A stretch of DNA of 64,000 nt from Paraspadella gotoi. Taxonomy: Eukaryota > Animalia > Chaetognatha. Both the position numbers and the translations under genes were made by a program. Shown here one piece after another: positions 13,101 to 25,490 of the stretch. The stretch spans positions 28,059,778 to 28,123,777 of the forward strand of contig CM119264.1 of NCBI GenBank assembly GCA_051294375.1, written 5' to 3'. The notes below the pieces were generated by a model that saw only the letters and a list, made by a program, of their open reading frames with translations, searched no databases and was not told where the DNA came from. Positions within the stretch are counted from its first letter, which is position 1. Each line of letters opens with the position of its first letter.

Positions 13101-14540
13101 AGCCCTTACTTTGGACAGGCTTTGGTGGTTTAAGGGCCTCCATCACTCTTTCAAGATTAATGACATAGCAGGTCCCTGCAAGTTTTCAATCAAGACTCTT
13201 TCACAGTCTCGTTTATTCACTCCCAGAGTATCTGGCTTCCCTATCAATGAAGTGGAAAATATTTCAAAGAATGTTTCAATGTATGAAAATACCACTGCAC
13301 TCCCTTAAGTATTAGATCGGGGAATACTTATTGTACTCCGCACTAGCATCAAAATACAAGGAGCTGAATTTTATGAAATTGGTACAACCAATATAAATAT
13401 TATCCATTCATTTAATAAATAAGCTATCTTGCCCCTGACTTTGGACAGGCTTTGGTGGTTTAAGGCCTCCATCACTCTTTCAAGATAATGACATAGCATA
13501 TTTTAGAAATAAGATTTTAGATTCGGAAAAAAATAATCTAAGGAGGCTACTGATTTTCTTATTTATAAGTGTAAATCTTTAAAGATTAAAAAGTTATTCT
13601 CATCAAATATACCCAGATTAATTAAAAATTTAATAAAGTTTAATAATCAAAATTTAAAGAAACCTTTCTGTTTATCAATTTTTAGCTATTTCTTCGGCGC
13701 GATTCAACCAGTCAAAGCGAAATCAGTAGCAAAAGGATCCTCTCCGACAACCCTGGTGACTGGAATTCAGTGAGTATATTTTTAAATTTTTAGTCGGATC
13801 TGCTTATCAGCAGATGCCGACTCTATAACTCACTTTGTCGGTCCGTCGGTCCGCCCCCTCAATATTGTCGGGCACATACTTATATCATGTCAGAACATCG
13901 AATTATGATAAATTATGCAAAAAAAATCGATGTCCGTCCGTCCGTCTGTCCATCCGTCCGTCCGTCCATCCGTCCGTCCGTCCGTCCGTCCGTCCGTCCC
14001 ACCTTAGCAAAATACTCCAATTACTCGTGATTGGATGGATGGATTGGTATGAAATTTTGTGTGTGGGTAGGAAACTGTGTGAGTTGAGACGGAGATGAAG
14101 TTTCGAAGGAATCGTGCAAGTGGAAATTGGTTTAAATGGAAAAAAACAAAAAAAAATATATTTCACTATTTGAACGCCAATTTCTCATGAGTGGATAGGG
14201 GCAATTGACTTGAAATTTTGTATGATGGTAAGGAAGTGTGTGATTGAGCTGGATATAAAGTTTCGATGGAATCGTGCGAGTGGAAATGAGTTAAAATGGA
14301 AAAAACAAAAGTCATATTTACTTGAAGTTTTTTTACTTAAATTTACTCATAATTATTATGTTTATTAAAAATTGGATAGATAAATCGAAATGTGAATTTT
14401 GTGTGTGGGTAGGAAAGTATGTGGTAAAGCTGGATATAAATTTTTTGATGGAATCGTAGGAGTGGAAAAGAGTTCAAATTAGAAAACCAAAAGACACATT
14501 TATTTGAATTTTTTAAAGTTTCTCTCTCTCTATCTCTCTC

Positions 14541-14571
<31 letters not shown>

Positions 14572-17112
14572 CCAAATTATCCAATTGACAAAAATATGCT
14601 AGTGGATCAAGTTCTGCAAGTTGACAAATTATGCCGGTTGACCAAATTATGCCTGTTTGACCAAATCATGCCAGTTGACCAAATTATGCCAGTTGACCAA
14701 ATTATGCTAGTTGACCAAATTAGGCCAGTTGATAAAATTATGCCAGTTGACCAAATTATGCCGGTTGACCAAATTATCTTAATTGATCACTGGGAAGATG
14801 GGTATCTAGCTAAAGGTAGGTACTAACTAGTCTCTCATCAGTTAATAGAGGTAAGTAAAGATATGGAGTCTAATAAGTCTAAAGTATAGTAAAGACGGTT
14901 ATGTACAAAATAAGAGGGAGAGGGAGGGAGGTTTCTTGTGCCCCGACTTGTGAGTTGAGCTGAGAGTGAATCCTTGGTCCCGGCCGAGGGGTTGCCGGAG
15001 GGAAAGGAGGAGGGGATGAGGAGGAGGGGACGACGGGGATGGGGAAGAGCTGTGGTGGTAAAACGCCCCTCTATCTTGCGCCCCTCTTCTTAACCGAGAC
15101 GTCCACATGGGCCCACAATGGCGTAGGTGGGTGTCGTCTTCTGCTGGCTTGGTGAAATTGCCGTCAGAGAGAGATTTTTGGGGGCATTGATGTCTCATGC
15201 GGGATTCGGGAGTCCAAAGGAGTTCGGAGGGGGGGTCGCTGGTTCAGTGAAGTTTAGCAGTGGAGAAGGCAGTTTCTCAAAAGAGTTTATCGGACAGAAG
15301 GAAGTTTTGGAGATCGGAGTAGTTTGGAGAGGGGAATCGTCTTTGGATAAATTTTTAATGTTGACCGCGCAGTTGGTTGGCGCAGGGTCAAGTCGCTGCA
15401 CTCTTAGTCGGGGCGGGGAGCGGTTAGTGGGGATTACAATTCAAAACTGAGATGCTATACTATTACATAGATCCACAACACATACATACGGCGCTACACA
15501 GTACAATTTGAATGGGAATGGGGGAGTTAAAGTTGTGAGACAATTTTTTTTCTCACCTATGAAATACGTTGTTTTTTTTTCGTATTTATCTTTTTTCTGT
15601 TTTAACAAGATGCTGCTTTTTTTTATTAAGCTCCTTTTTATATTTCATTTTTATATCATTATCTTTTTCTTTCTCTTTTTTTTTTATTTTTTGTTATTAA
15701 GTTTGGACAGAGAAACAAAGAACCAAAAATAAAATTCAACAGGGGTAATCGTAGTGTTAGTTGATATATAATGGGATTTAAGTTAAGCCAATATTATCCA
15801 TTCAACTGAAACCAAAGGGGTCATAAGAAATGAATAAAACTGAAATTGCTAAAGTTCAGTAAATGGTAAACAAAAGGGTCACTTTAATTGAATGGTAAAC
15901 AAAGGGACATTTTTAGTGAATAAAACTTAGATTAATAGAATTCATGAGATGGTTGGTCAAATTTAACAAGTTAAACATGAAATTAAATAAAAATTAAAAA
16001 AAAAACGAATAAAGAAAAAAAGTCACCATTAGGGAAAATTGAGGTCTGAATTACATAGTCAATGACGATAAAGACGACAAAGGATTAGATAACAATACAT
16101 TTCAAATGCTGCATGTGACGGTAATTCGGTTTTGGAGACAACTGAAATGGAGCAAGAGCAACGATGGTGGGGGAATGGCGATTAGTTCTGAAGGGGGTCG
16201 TGGCCATATTGAGATGGTTTGAAGATGCTTTGGTTCCTTGAAGAGTCGTAGCGGATTGTCTTCTATAAGAAAAGCTGGGCGTCGCAGTTTGGAGGCGCGC
16301 CCGTGATAGGGGTAAGATGATGGGGTTGTCGTCATGAAGAGGGGGCCAATAGGGGTAGGGTCGTCGGAGTTTTCTCAGTGTGGTTTTTTTCTCGCTGCCT
16401 TCCTCGCGTTGCGTTCCAATGCCGCAGACACCGTCGCCGTCGCCATGACTGCAATCGACATCTCTGCCGGTCATCACGAATCCTACATTGGATGGTTAAT
16501 GGAAGACTTGGCCTAGTTGGAAGATAAGAATGACATATGATTAAAGTGTATTAAAACGTATTAAAGTGTATATTTTGGCATTGTCATTTTATTTCACATC
16601 CCTGCAAAGAGGTAATGATAGTTTTAAGTTGAGGGAAGTATAGAATATAAGACAGGAGTTTTTTTTGTTTATTTTCATTTATCTTGCTTATACTTTGTTA
16701 TTTACTTTGTGTGTTTTATATTTTTGGTTTTGCATAAGTGTTTTATTTTGCTTTGTTTATTTTGTTTAACAAGATCATTTTATTTTATATTATTTTTGTT
16801 TATTTTTAGTATTTTTTGTTTATTTCGGCCGGCCTTGAGTTTAAATTTAATTTGTTATATTTTATATTGTTTAGTTTATTTTTAATTTTGCTTATTTTAA
16901 TTGTTTCAGATTGTTTTGTTTGTTTGTTTTTTTGTTTCAATTTTATATTGTGATTAAACTTTTCTTTCGTTGTGTTTTAGATAATTGAAACTAAAGACAA
17001 AGTCTTGATACAGCAACGATTTTATTTTAATTGTCAGACAAGTTTCGGCTTTCATTCAAGCCTTCATCAGTGCTTTGACAATTCACAATTTTAATGTTTT
17101 CCAAATTAACTT

Positions 17113-17150
<38 letters not shown>

Positions 17151-17221
17151 ATAGAGAGAGAAGAAATGGCCAACAAAGATATGAGACAGGACAGTGGTGA
17201 AATGTGAGGACAGGTTTAAGT

Positions 17222-17263
<42 letters not shown>

Positions 17264-18759
17264 TGAGGGAAAAGAAATTAAATTTGTGAGTGAGGGAGAG
17301 AGAGACAGAGAAGCAAAGGTTAACATTTGGTAAGAAAAGTTACATTAGAAAATGTACAACAATGGTAAATTTAATAAATAAGTAGACAGACTTAAACAAA
17401 CTAAAATATTTAAATTAATTCAGATAAATTAATTAATAAAAGAGTGAAGTTTAGATGAAATTGAAAAAAGATGTTGAGGATAGGTAAGTGAAAGAGTAAG
17501 AGAAAAATAAGAAAAAGAAAAAGCTCAAAATGAGCTGGCCCCCCCCGGTCAACAATGGGGATGCTGACGATGTGGTCGGGTCATTGGTTTGTCATAGGCT
17601 GAGAGGCTATTGTGGTGGAGTGCGCACATGGACGGGTCCGGTAGAGACCCAGCGGAAAGAGGCCAAGTGCAACTCGAATATCTCTCAGGCCTGATAACCT
17701 GCCGACGGCCCTCGTCTCGCCTGTTATTCACTCCTTTATTAATTAATTTATCTGAATTAATTTAAATATTTTNNNNNNNNNNNNNNNNNNNNNNNNNACG
17801 ATGGTGGGGGAAATGGGCGATTAGTTCTGAAGGGGGTCGTGGCCATATTGAGATGGTTTGAAGATGCTTTGTTCCTTGAAGAGTCGTAGCGGATTGTCTT
17901 CTATAAGAAAAGCTGGGCGTCGCAGTTTGGAGGCGCGCCCGTGATAGGGGGTAAGATGATGGGGGTTGTCGTCATGAAGAGGGGGGCCAATAGGGGTAGG
18001 GTCGTCGGAGTTTTCTCAGTGTGGTTTTTTTCTCGCTGCCTTCCTCGCGTTGCGTTCCAATGCCGCAGACTCCGTCGCCGTCGCCATGACTGCAATCGAC
18101 ATCTCTGCCGGTCATCACGAATCCTACATTGGATGTTAATGGAAGACTGGCCTAGTTGGGAAGATAAGACTATGACAATGTGATCTAAGGAGTAGATATT
18201 GATTAAAACGTATTAAAGTGTATATTTGGCATTGTCATTTATTTCACATCCCTGCAAAGAGGTAATGATAGTTTTAAGTTGAGGGAAGTATAGAATATAA
18301 GACAGGAGTTTTTTTTTGTTTATTTTCATTATCTTGCTTTATACTTTGTTATTTACTTGTGTGTTTTATATTTTTGGTTTTGCATAAGTGTTTTATTTTG
18401 CTTTGTTATTTTGTTTAACAAGATCATTTTATTTTATATTATTTTTGTTTATTTTTAGTATTTTTGTTATTTCGGCCGGCCTTGAGTTTAAATTAATTTG
18501 TTATATTTTATATTGTTTAGTTTATTTTTAATTTTGCTTATTTAATTGTTTCAGATTGTTTTGTTTGTTTGTTTTTTTGTTTCAATTTTATATTGTGATT
18601 AAACTTTTCTTTCGTTGTGTTTTAGATAATTGAAACTAAAGACAAAGTCTTGATACAGCAACGATTTTATTTTATTGTACAGACAAGTTTCGGCTTTCAT
18701 TCAAGCCTTCATCAGTGCTTTGACAATTCACAATTTTAATGGTTTCCAAATTAACTTTG

Positions 18760-18792
<33 letters not shown>

Positions 18793-18876
18793 AGAGAAAT
18801 AGAGGAGAAAGAAATGGCCAACAAAGATATGAGACAGGACAGTGGTGAAATGTGAGGACAGGTTTAAGTTAGTGAG

Positions 18877-18919
<43 letters not shown>

Positions 18920-19516
18920 TGAGGGAAAAGAAATTAAATTTGTGAGTGAGGAGAGAGAGACAGAGAAGCAAAGGTTAACATTTGGTAAGAAAAGTTACAT
19001 TAGAAAATGACAACAATGGTAAATTTAATAAATAAGTAGACAGACTAAACAAACTAAAATATTTAAATTAATTCAGATAAATTAATTAATAAAAGAGTGA
19101 AGTTTAGATAAATTGAAAAAGATGTTGAGGGATAGGTAAGTGAAAGAGTAAGAGAAAAATAAGAAAAAGAAAAAGCTCAAAATGAGCTGGCCCCCCCCGG
19201 TCAACAATGGGGATGCTGACGTGTGGTCGGGTCATTGGTTTGTCATAGGCTGAGAGGCTATTGTGGTGGAGTGGCGCACATGGACGGGATCCGGTAGAGA
19301 CCCAGGCGGAAGAGGCCAAGTGCAACTCGAATATCTCTCAGGCCTTGATAAACCTGCCGACGGCCCTCGTCTCGCCTGTTATTCACTCCTTTATTAATTA
19401 ATTTATCTGAATTAATTTAAATTATTTTAGTTTGTTTAAGGTCGTTCTACTTATTTATTAAATTTACCACTGTCCTGTCTCATATCTTTGTTGGCTTATT
19501 TCTTCTCTCTCTATTT

Positions 19517-19561
<45 letters not shown>

Positions 19562-19959
19562 AAGTTAATTTGGAAAACATTAAAATTGTGAATTGTCAAA
19601 GCCATGATGAAGGCTTGAATGAAAGCCGAAACTGTCTGTACAATAAAATAAAATCGTTGCTGTATCAAGACTGTTGTCTTTGTTTCAATTTTGTATTTAA
19701 TTATTTTATTTTGGTTTATTTTTTTTATTTCATTTGTTTGTTTGTTTCAATTCAGTTTTATTTTGTTTGTTTACTTTAATTTTTTGTAATTTGATATTTT
19801 GGTATTTTAATATTTTGTATTTTTGTATTTGGTATTGTGGTATTTTGATATTTTGATATCTTTATCTCTCCTCTTAGTTTGTTTAAGTCTGTCTACTTAT
19901 TTATTAAATTTACCACTGTCCTGTCTCATATCTTTGTTGGCTATTTCTTCTCTCTCTAT

Positions 19960-19999
<40 letters not shown>

Positions 20000-21970
20000 A
20001 AGTTAATTTGGAAAACATTAAAATTGTGAATTGTCAAAGCACTGATGAAGGCTTGAATGAAAGCCGAAACTTGTCTGTACAATAAAATAAAATCGTTGCT
20101 GTATCAAGACTTTGTCTTTGTTTCAATTTTGTATTTAATTATTTTATTTTGGTTTATTTTTTTATTTCATTTGTTTTGTTTGTTTCAATTCAGTTTTATT
20201 TTGTTTGTTTACTTTAATTTTTTGTAATTTGATATTTTGGTATTTTAATATTTTGGTATTTTTGTATTTGGTATTGTGGTATTTTGATATTTTGATATTT
20301 TGCTATTTTGCCATTTTAGTATTTTTGCATTTAGGTATTTTGATATTTTTTTTTTAAATTTTTATATTTTTGCATTTTTGTATTTTCGAATTTTATATGT
20401 TATTTTATTTTGTTTTGTTTTATTTATTTTACTCGAGTTTGTGTATTTTATTTTATTTCGGTTTTTGTTTATATTGTTTATTTTCATTCTATTACGTTAA
20501 ATAAATTTTATTTATTTCCTCTTTATAATAACTGGTTTAAACAATGTTCATGAAAGAGGGAGGAGAGTTTACGGAAAGCGTGAGGAAAAGAAGGTGAAAC
20601 ACATGAAAGTAAACTGAAGAGAAACGAAAAAGTAAAAAAAAAGGTGTTTATAGTAAAAAAAAAGGGGGTTAGGAGGTTTTGGGTTATTTTTCTAATGAGC
20701 AACTACTGTAAAGGTTAGCTGTAAAGCTCACAAGTAGATTGGCGATCCATAGATTCTGGTTCCTGAAAAAATTGTTAGAGAGAAACTGAGAAACAAAAGA
20801 AGGAGTTTAAGAATCCTGAGTCGGTTTTTCCGGTACCTAGTTTCCTGCAGTGAAGAAAAATGAAAGCAGGGAAGGAAGAGCAAAGGAAAGAAGGGAAGGA
20901 GTAAGAAAAGAGAGAAATAGGGGATGATCAAAAATTAGCCTTTTGTCACGTGAACCACCTGAGAAAAAAAAAGCCTGTTTTAGTCTGTAGCGCATGCTTG
21001 GGGTTGGTGGGATTGGGAGGGATTGGTGGATTTGGGAGGTGAAGAAAATGTAAGATAGAAAGAACAATAAAAAAAATAAGAATGAAATTTTTGATCCTGT
21101 CCTTAGGATCTTGGGGGGGGGGTTTGTTGTCTATAATTGAATTGGCGAACAAAGCACCTTTGGGGTTGGCGAACAAAGCACCTTTGGCACGGCGGACAAC
21201 ACACCGGAAAGCTGGGATAAAGAAAGAAGGGCGGGAGGAAATGGTTTGGCAGCTGCCTGGGCGCGGCAGCGCCGATGGTTCTGGTTGGTACCGTACCAGG
21301 GGCCATGGCCTGGAAAGCCGCAGCACATTGGGATTAAAGGGTAGGGATTAAGGGTGGGGTCCGTAGGGCCGATCCGAGCCGCTTAGCTTCATTCCGGCGT
21401 TTCCAGAGGGCAGGAAATGTATTTTCAGCGATCACGGGGATACACTGCACCACGGTGGGACTTTAGGGCTGTAAGGGGCTGTAATGGGCTGTAAGGGGCT
21501 TTGAATACGGCGCAGGCGCGGGTCAGGTGGTTCTTTCTATTGGAGAGAAATAAGAGATAAAAAAAGGTTGAGAAAAAAAAGTGGACAAAAGACAGGATAA
21601 GAATGAGAAAAGAGATAAGAGATAATTTTTCCTATTAGATAGTTTAACTAGGTACTTTTTTTCTTCCTCAGGAAAGCTGCAATATAAATTTTTTTTTTTA
21701 TTCTGGTGTAACACAGGCAATCAGGAAATTTCCTTGAATTTTTAACCTTTAGGAATGGACTCAAATTTATTATTGTTATTGTCGCAGAACTAATATAATA
21801 ATAGTTATTATATACTAATACTAATACAATCCGCAACCTGTGTGTGAAGCATTACGTTAGCTAAAAAAGTTTTTTTTTTTTTTTTTAATTTCATCTGGAG
21901 AGAGAGAGAGAGAGAAACAAACTGAGAATAGGAGAGGCCGAAGGATCGAGGGCGCCGTTTATGGGAGGGA

Positions 21971-22010
<40 letters not shown>

Positions 22011-25000
22011 AGGAGGGGAGGACGAATTAGAAAGTAAATTTTAAGCATCTTTGGCAAAGTAATATTAAATTGAACATAAATGAATCAAAAAGGGAAGAGA
22101 TAGGTTTAAAAACAGTAAAAGAAAGTTAAAAAAGGAGATGGGTTTAGAAACAAGTTTAATAGAAGCTTAAAAAAAACATTAAGTTAAGGAAAGTTAAAAA
22201 AAGAATTTCACAGAGAGAGAGGGAGGGAGAGAGAGAGAGAGAGAAAGACAGAGAGACAGAGAGAGAGAAACAGACTTGAGAGGGAGGATGAGGAAAAAGA
22301 GAAGAGAAAGAGAATTATGATCATCGACGAGATTGAGCAGCTGCTGTGACTGCTGCAGCGTCGCAGCGGGAAGGGAATTTCTGGCCGCTGTTGGCGGCGG
22401 TCAAAAGCCAGACAGGAAATATTTAAAAGTTAAAGAGTATAAAAGAGGGATGTGGGAGAGAGAGAGAGGTGGGGAGATATGGGGAGAGAGAGGGAGAGAG
22501 CAAGGCAAAGCTGTTTATCTGCAGCTGTCGTGATTCATACTCCTGGAGTGGGAGTCTCTGGCCGAGTTCAACTGAAGCCGGCGGGGGTAAAGAAAGGGAA
22601 GAGGGGCGGGGATGGAGGGAGGAGGGGGGAAAAGGCTGGCATGGAGAGGGGCACAGGCGGTCAATCGCATTCTTTGGGTGAAAATCCTGGGTGTGAAAAG
22701 TCACGTGAGCAGTGGTCAAAAGGATGATCGATAGAAGTAAGATGAACACAGAGAGAAAGAATAGAGAGAAAAAGTAGGNNNNNNNNNNNNNNNNNNNNNN
22801 NNNCGTGGGAGGAATCCCGTGTGGGAGGAATCCCGCGTGGGAGCAATCCCGTGTGCGAGGAATTCCGTGTGGGAGGAATCCCGCGTGGGAGGAATCCCGC
22901 GTGGGAGGAATTCTTTGGGGAGGAATCCTGTGTGGGAGGAATCCCGTGTGGGAGGAATTCTATGGGGAGGAATTCCAAAGGAAGGAATCCCGTGTGGGAG
23001 GAATTCCTTGGGGAGGAATTCCGGGTGGGAGGAATCCCGTGTGGGAGGAATTCCGTGTGGGAGGAATCCCATGGGGAGGAATCCCGCGTGGGAGGAATCC
23101 CGTGTGGGAGGAATCCAGTTGGAAGGAATCCCGTGTGGGAGGAATACCACAGCCACCAATGGAATCTTTTGAGTGGAAATGAGTTTAAATGGAAAAAAAC
23201 AAAAAACCTGTTTCACTAATTGATTATGATTCTTTTTCCTTTTATATTAAATGTATATGCAGGATGTATTAATAAATCAAATAATTAATCAGTTAATTAA
23301 TCAATTAGTTAATTAATTAATCAATAATTAATTAATCAGTCAATCAATCCGTCCATCCGTCCCACCTTAGCAAAAAGCTCCAATAACTCGTGATTGTATG
23401 GTTGGATTAGAAAGAAATTTTGTGTGTGGGTAGGAAAGTGTGTGATAAAGCTGGATATAAAGTTTCGACGGAATCGTGTGTATGTTTTTCTACATAGAAG
23501 CATTACTCATCAAACATCATACAGTCGCACTTGCATTAACTATTCTTTTAATTATTTTCTCAATCTCAATCTCTACTCTCGCTACTCTCATCATTTCTTC
23601 ATCTATAATTGGATGCGCATCTTAGATGAGCTTTCACAATTTGTGTGGGCTAGAAAAATGGTGTGTAACGATGCTTGATATAAAAGTTCGGTGGAAATAG
23701 CGGTACGTGAATCGAGTGTATAATGATGTATTATAGAGAACTGAATTAAAAAAATATGAGTCACATTTTTAACTTTTTAATTTCTTTTTACTTTTATTTA
23801 ACCCTATAATGATTGAGATGAAACTATTTTGTGCATCTATCACATTTAATTTTAATTATTAATTAACGTAAGCTTGAATTGAGATAGTTGAAAGTAGTGT
23901 GAAGAAAGCTAGATATAAAAAGTTTTGACGAATATTAGTAATCATTTGATATAGTCCAGTTGGTGAAATGAAAAGTTATATAATGAGAAAGATAACAGTA
24001 AGTATTACAACTCTTACTTATAGTCTTTGCTTTTTTGATTATTTTCATTGCATCTTGAAGAGAGAACGTACTAGATTTCGAGCACGAGAAGACTGGAGGA
24101 GGAGAGATATAGAGAAAGTAGAGCAGAAATAATGGAGCATTGGATCGTCCCCGCAAATTTCAAAAGGAGACAATCCGTCGAGAAAAGAGAACGGTATGAG
24201 CAATGAATTAAAATGTTACGCATAAAGGAACTCGTTATGCAATTATGCTATGTTAATTTGCCTCAGCCAAAAGAGAGCTGAAGAAGTAGAGAATGAGCAG
24301 AGCAGGAGATGGAGAAGAGGAAAAGAGAGAGAGAGAGAGAGAGAGAGAAGAGACAGAGTCCGGAGATAAAAATTAGCGATAAAAAAAGTTGTTATTTTAC
24401 TCACTGAATAAAAAATACTAAAATACTTACAAAAATAATAAAATTGATAAAATTATTATTCCGATAACATTGTTTAATCACATGCAAATATATCTAGTAA
24501 GGCGGGCAAAATTGAACACTTTTTATAACTTCTAGTTCTCTCAAAAAAATTTCTTTTTTCCTTCTACTACTAAATCGATTTTCAATGTAACTTTTTGAAT
24601 TAGTTCTTTGTGTTGCTCTGAAGCTTTATAAATATTTATTAATATATAACAAATGACAAAAAAAAATTTTAAAATTTGATTTTTTTAAGAACGGGTTCTT
24701 GTAGAGCTTAAAAAGTTAAATGAAAGTTAGTACTATAATTTTTCAAATTTTGAAAAAATTAGGTTAAAATAGAAAAACCTTAAAAATTATTCATCATATT
24801 CATATTGGACTGAATTTATTATATTTTAAATTTTTTACATGAAATCTAATATAACTAAAGATAATAAAGTTTTCATTAATAACTTTATCTAAACTTTTAA
24901 AGTTATCAGAAATCTTGATAATACATATAGCAGAAATTATTAAAAATTTATATTTTAGTTTTCTCTTATATGGTTATTTATAGTCGCTTAAACCAATTAA

Positions 25001-25458
25001 CCATTAAATGTTCATTTTGAGAGAACTTTCTAGTTTTCAACTGTTCGGTCCTAATAGTCGCTAAGTAAAATGAGGCGTTGGCCAATATTAGAAACACTTT
25101 ATATAACTTCATAGTTCTCTTTAAAAATTTTTTTTTCCTTTTTTACTACTAAATCTATTTCAATGTAACTTTTTGATTTAGTTCATTGGGTTGTTGCACT
25201 GAAGCTTTTAAATAATTATTAATATATAATAATATTATATAAAGTTTTGACGGAATTGTGCCAGTGGAAATGAGTTTAGATGCAAAAAACATAAAGTCAC
25301 ATTTACTTGAATCTTTTAATATTAATGATTACTAATAAATTTTTTAATTAATTAATTAGTTAATTAATTAATTAATTAAATGAAAAAATGATGCAAGTTA
25401 AAAAAATCTTAAAAGCATAAAGTCGTCGCAATTGCATAAAAAGAGAGAGAGAGAGGAG

Positions 25459-25490
<32 letters not shown>

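Larger units (their letters stand above)
14790..20520 (-). mobile_element. Penelope-like/retrozyme-type remnant: hammerhead-bearing terminal repeats in direct and inverted orientation plus decayed ORF fragments
   Basis: Four hammerhead copies, each followed by AATAAA, with an orientation switch at about 19385. No RT or GIY-YIG motif was recognised, so the class is inferred from the ribozymes. 16161-17772 is repeated at 17798-19430 across an N gap. Confidence 0.5.

Noticed and set aside
20700-21530. GC-rich ORFs 20946-21351
   Set aside because: Overlapping ORFs in several frames with short direct repeats and no domain signal; probably transposon-derived non-coding sequence.
22804-23145. CRISPR-like or repeat-protein appearance of the 16-bp and 18-bp arrays (also 14565-14780, 28268-28590)
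   Set aside because: Head-to-tail units with no unique spacers, no cas genes, eukaryotic intron context.
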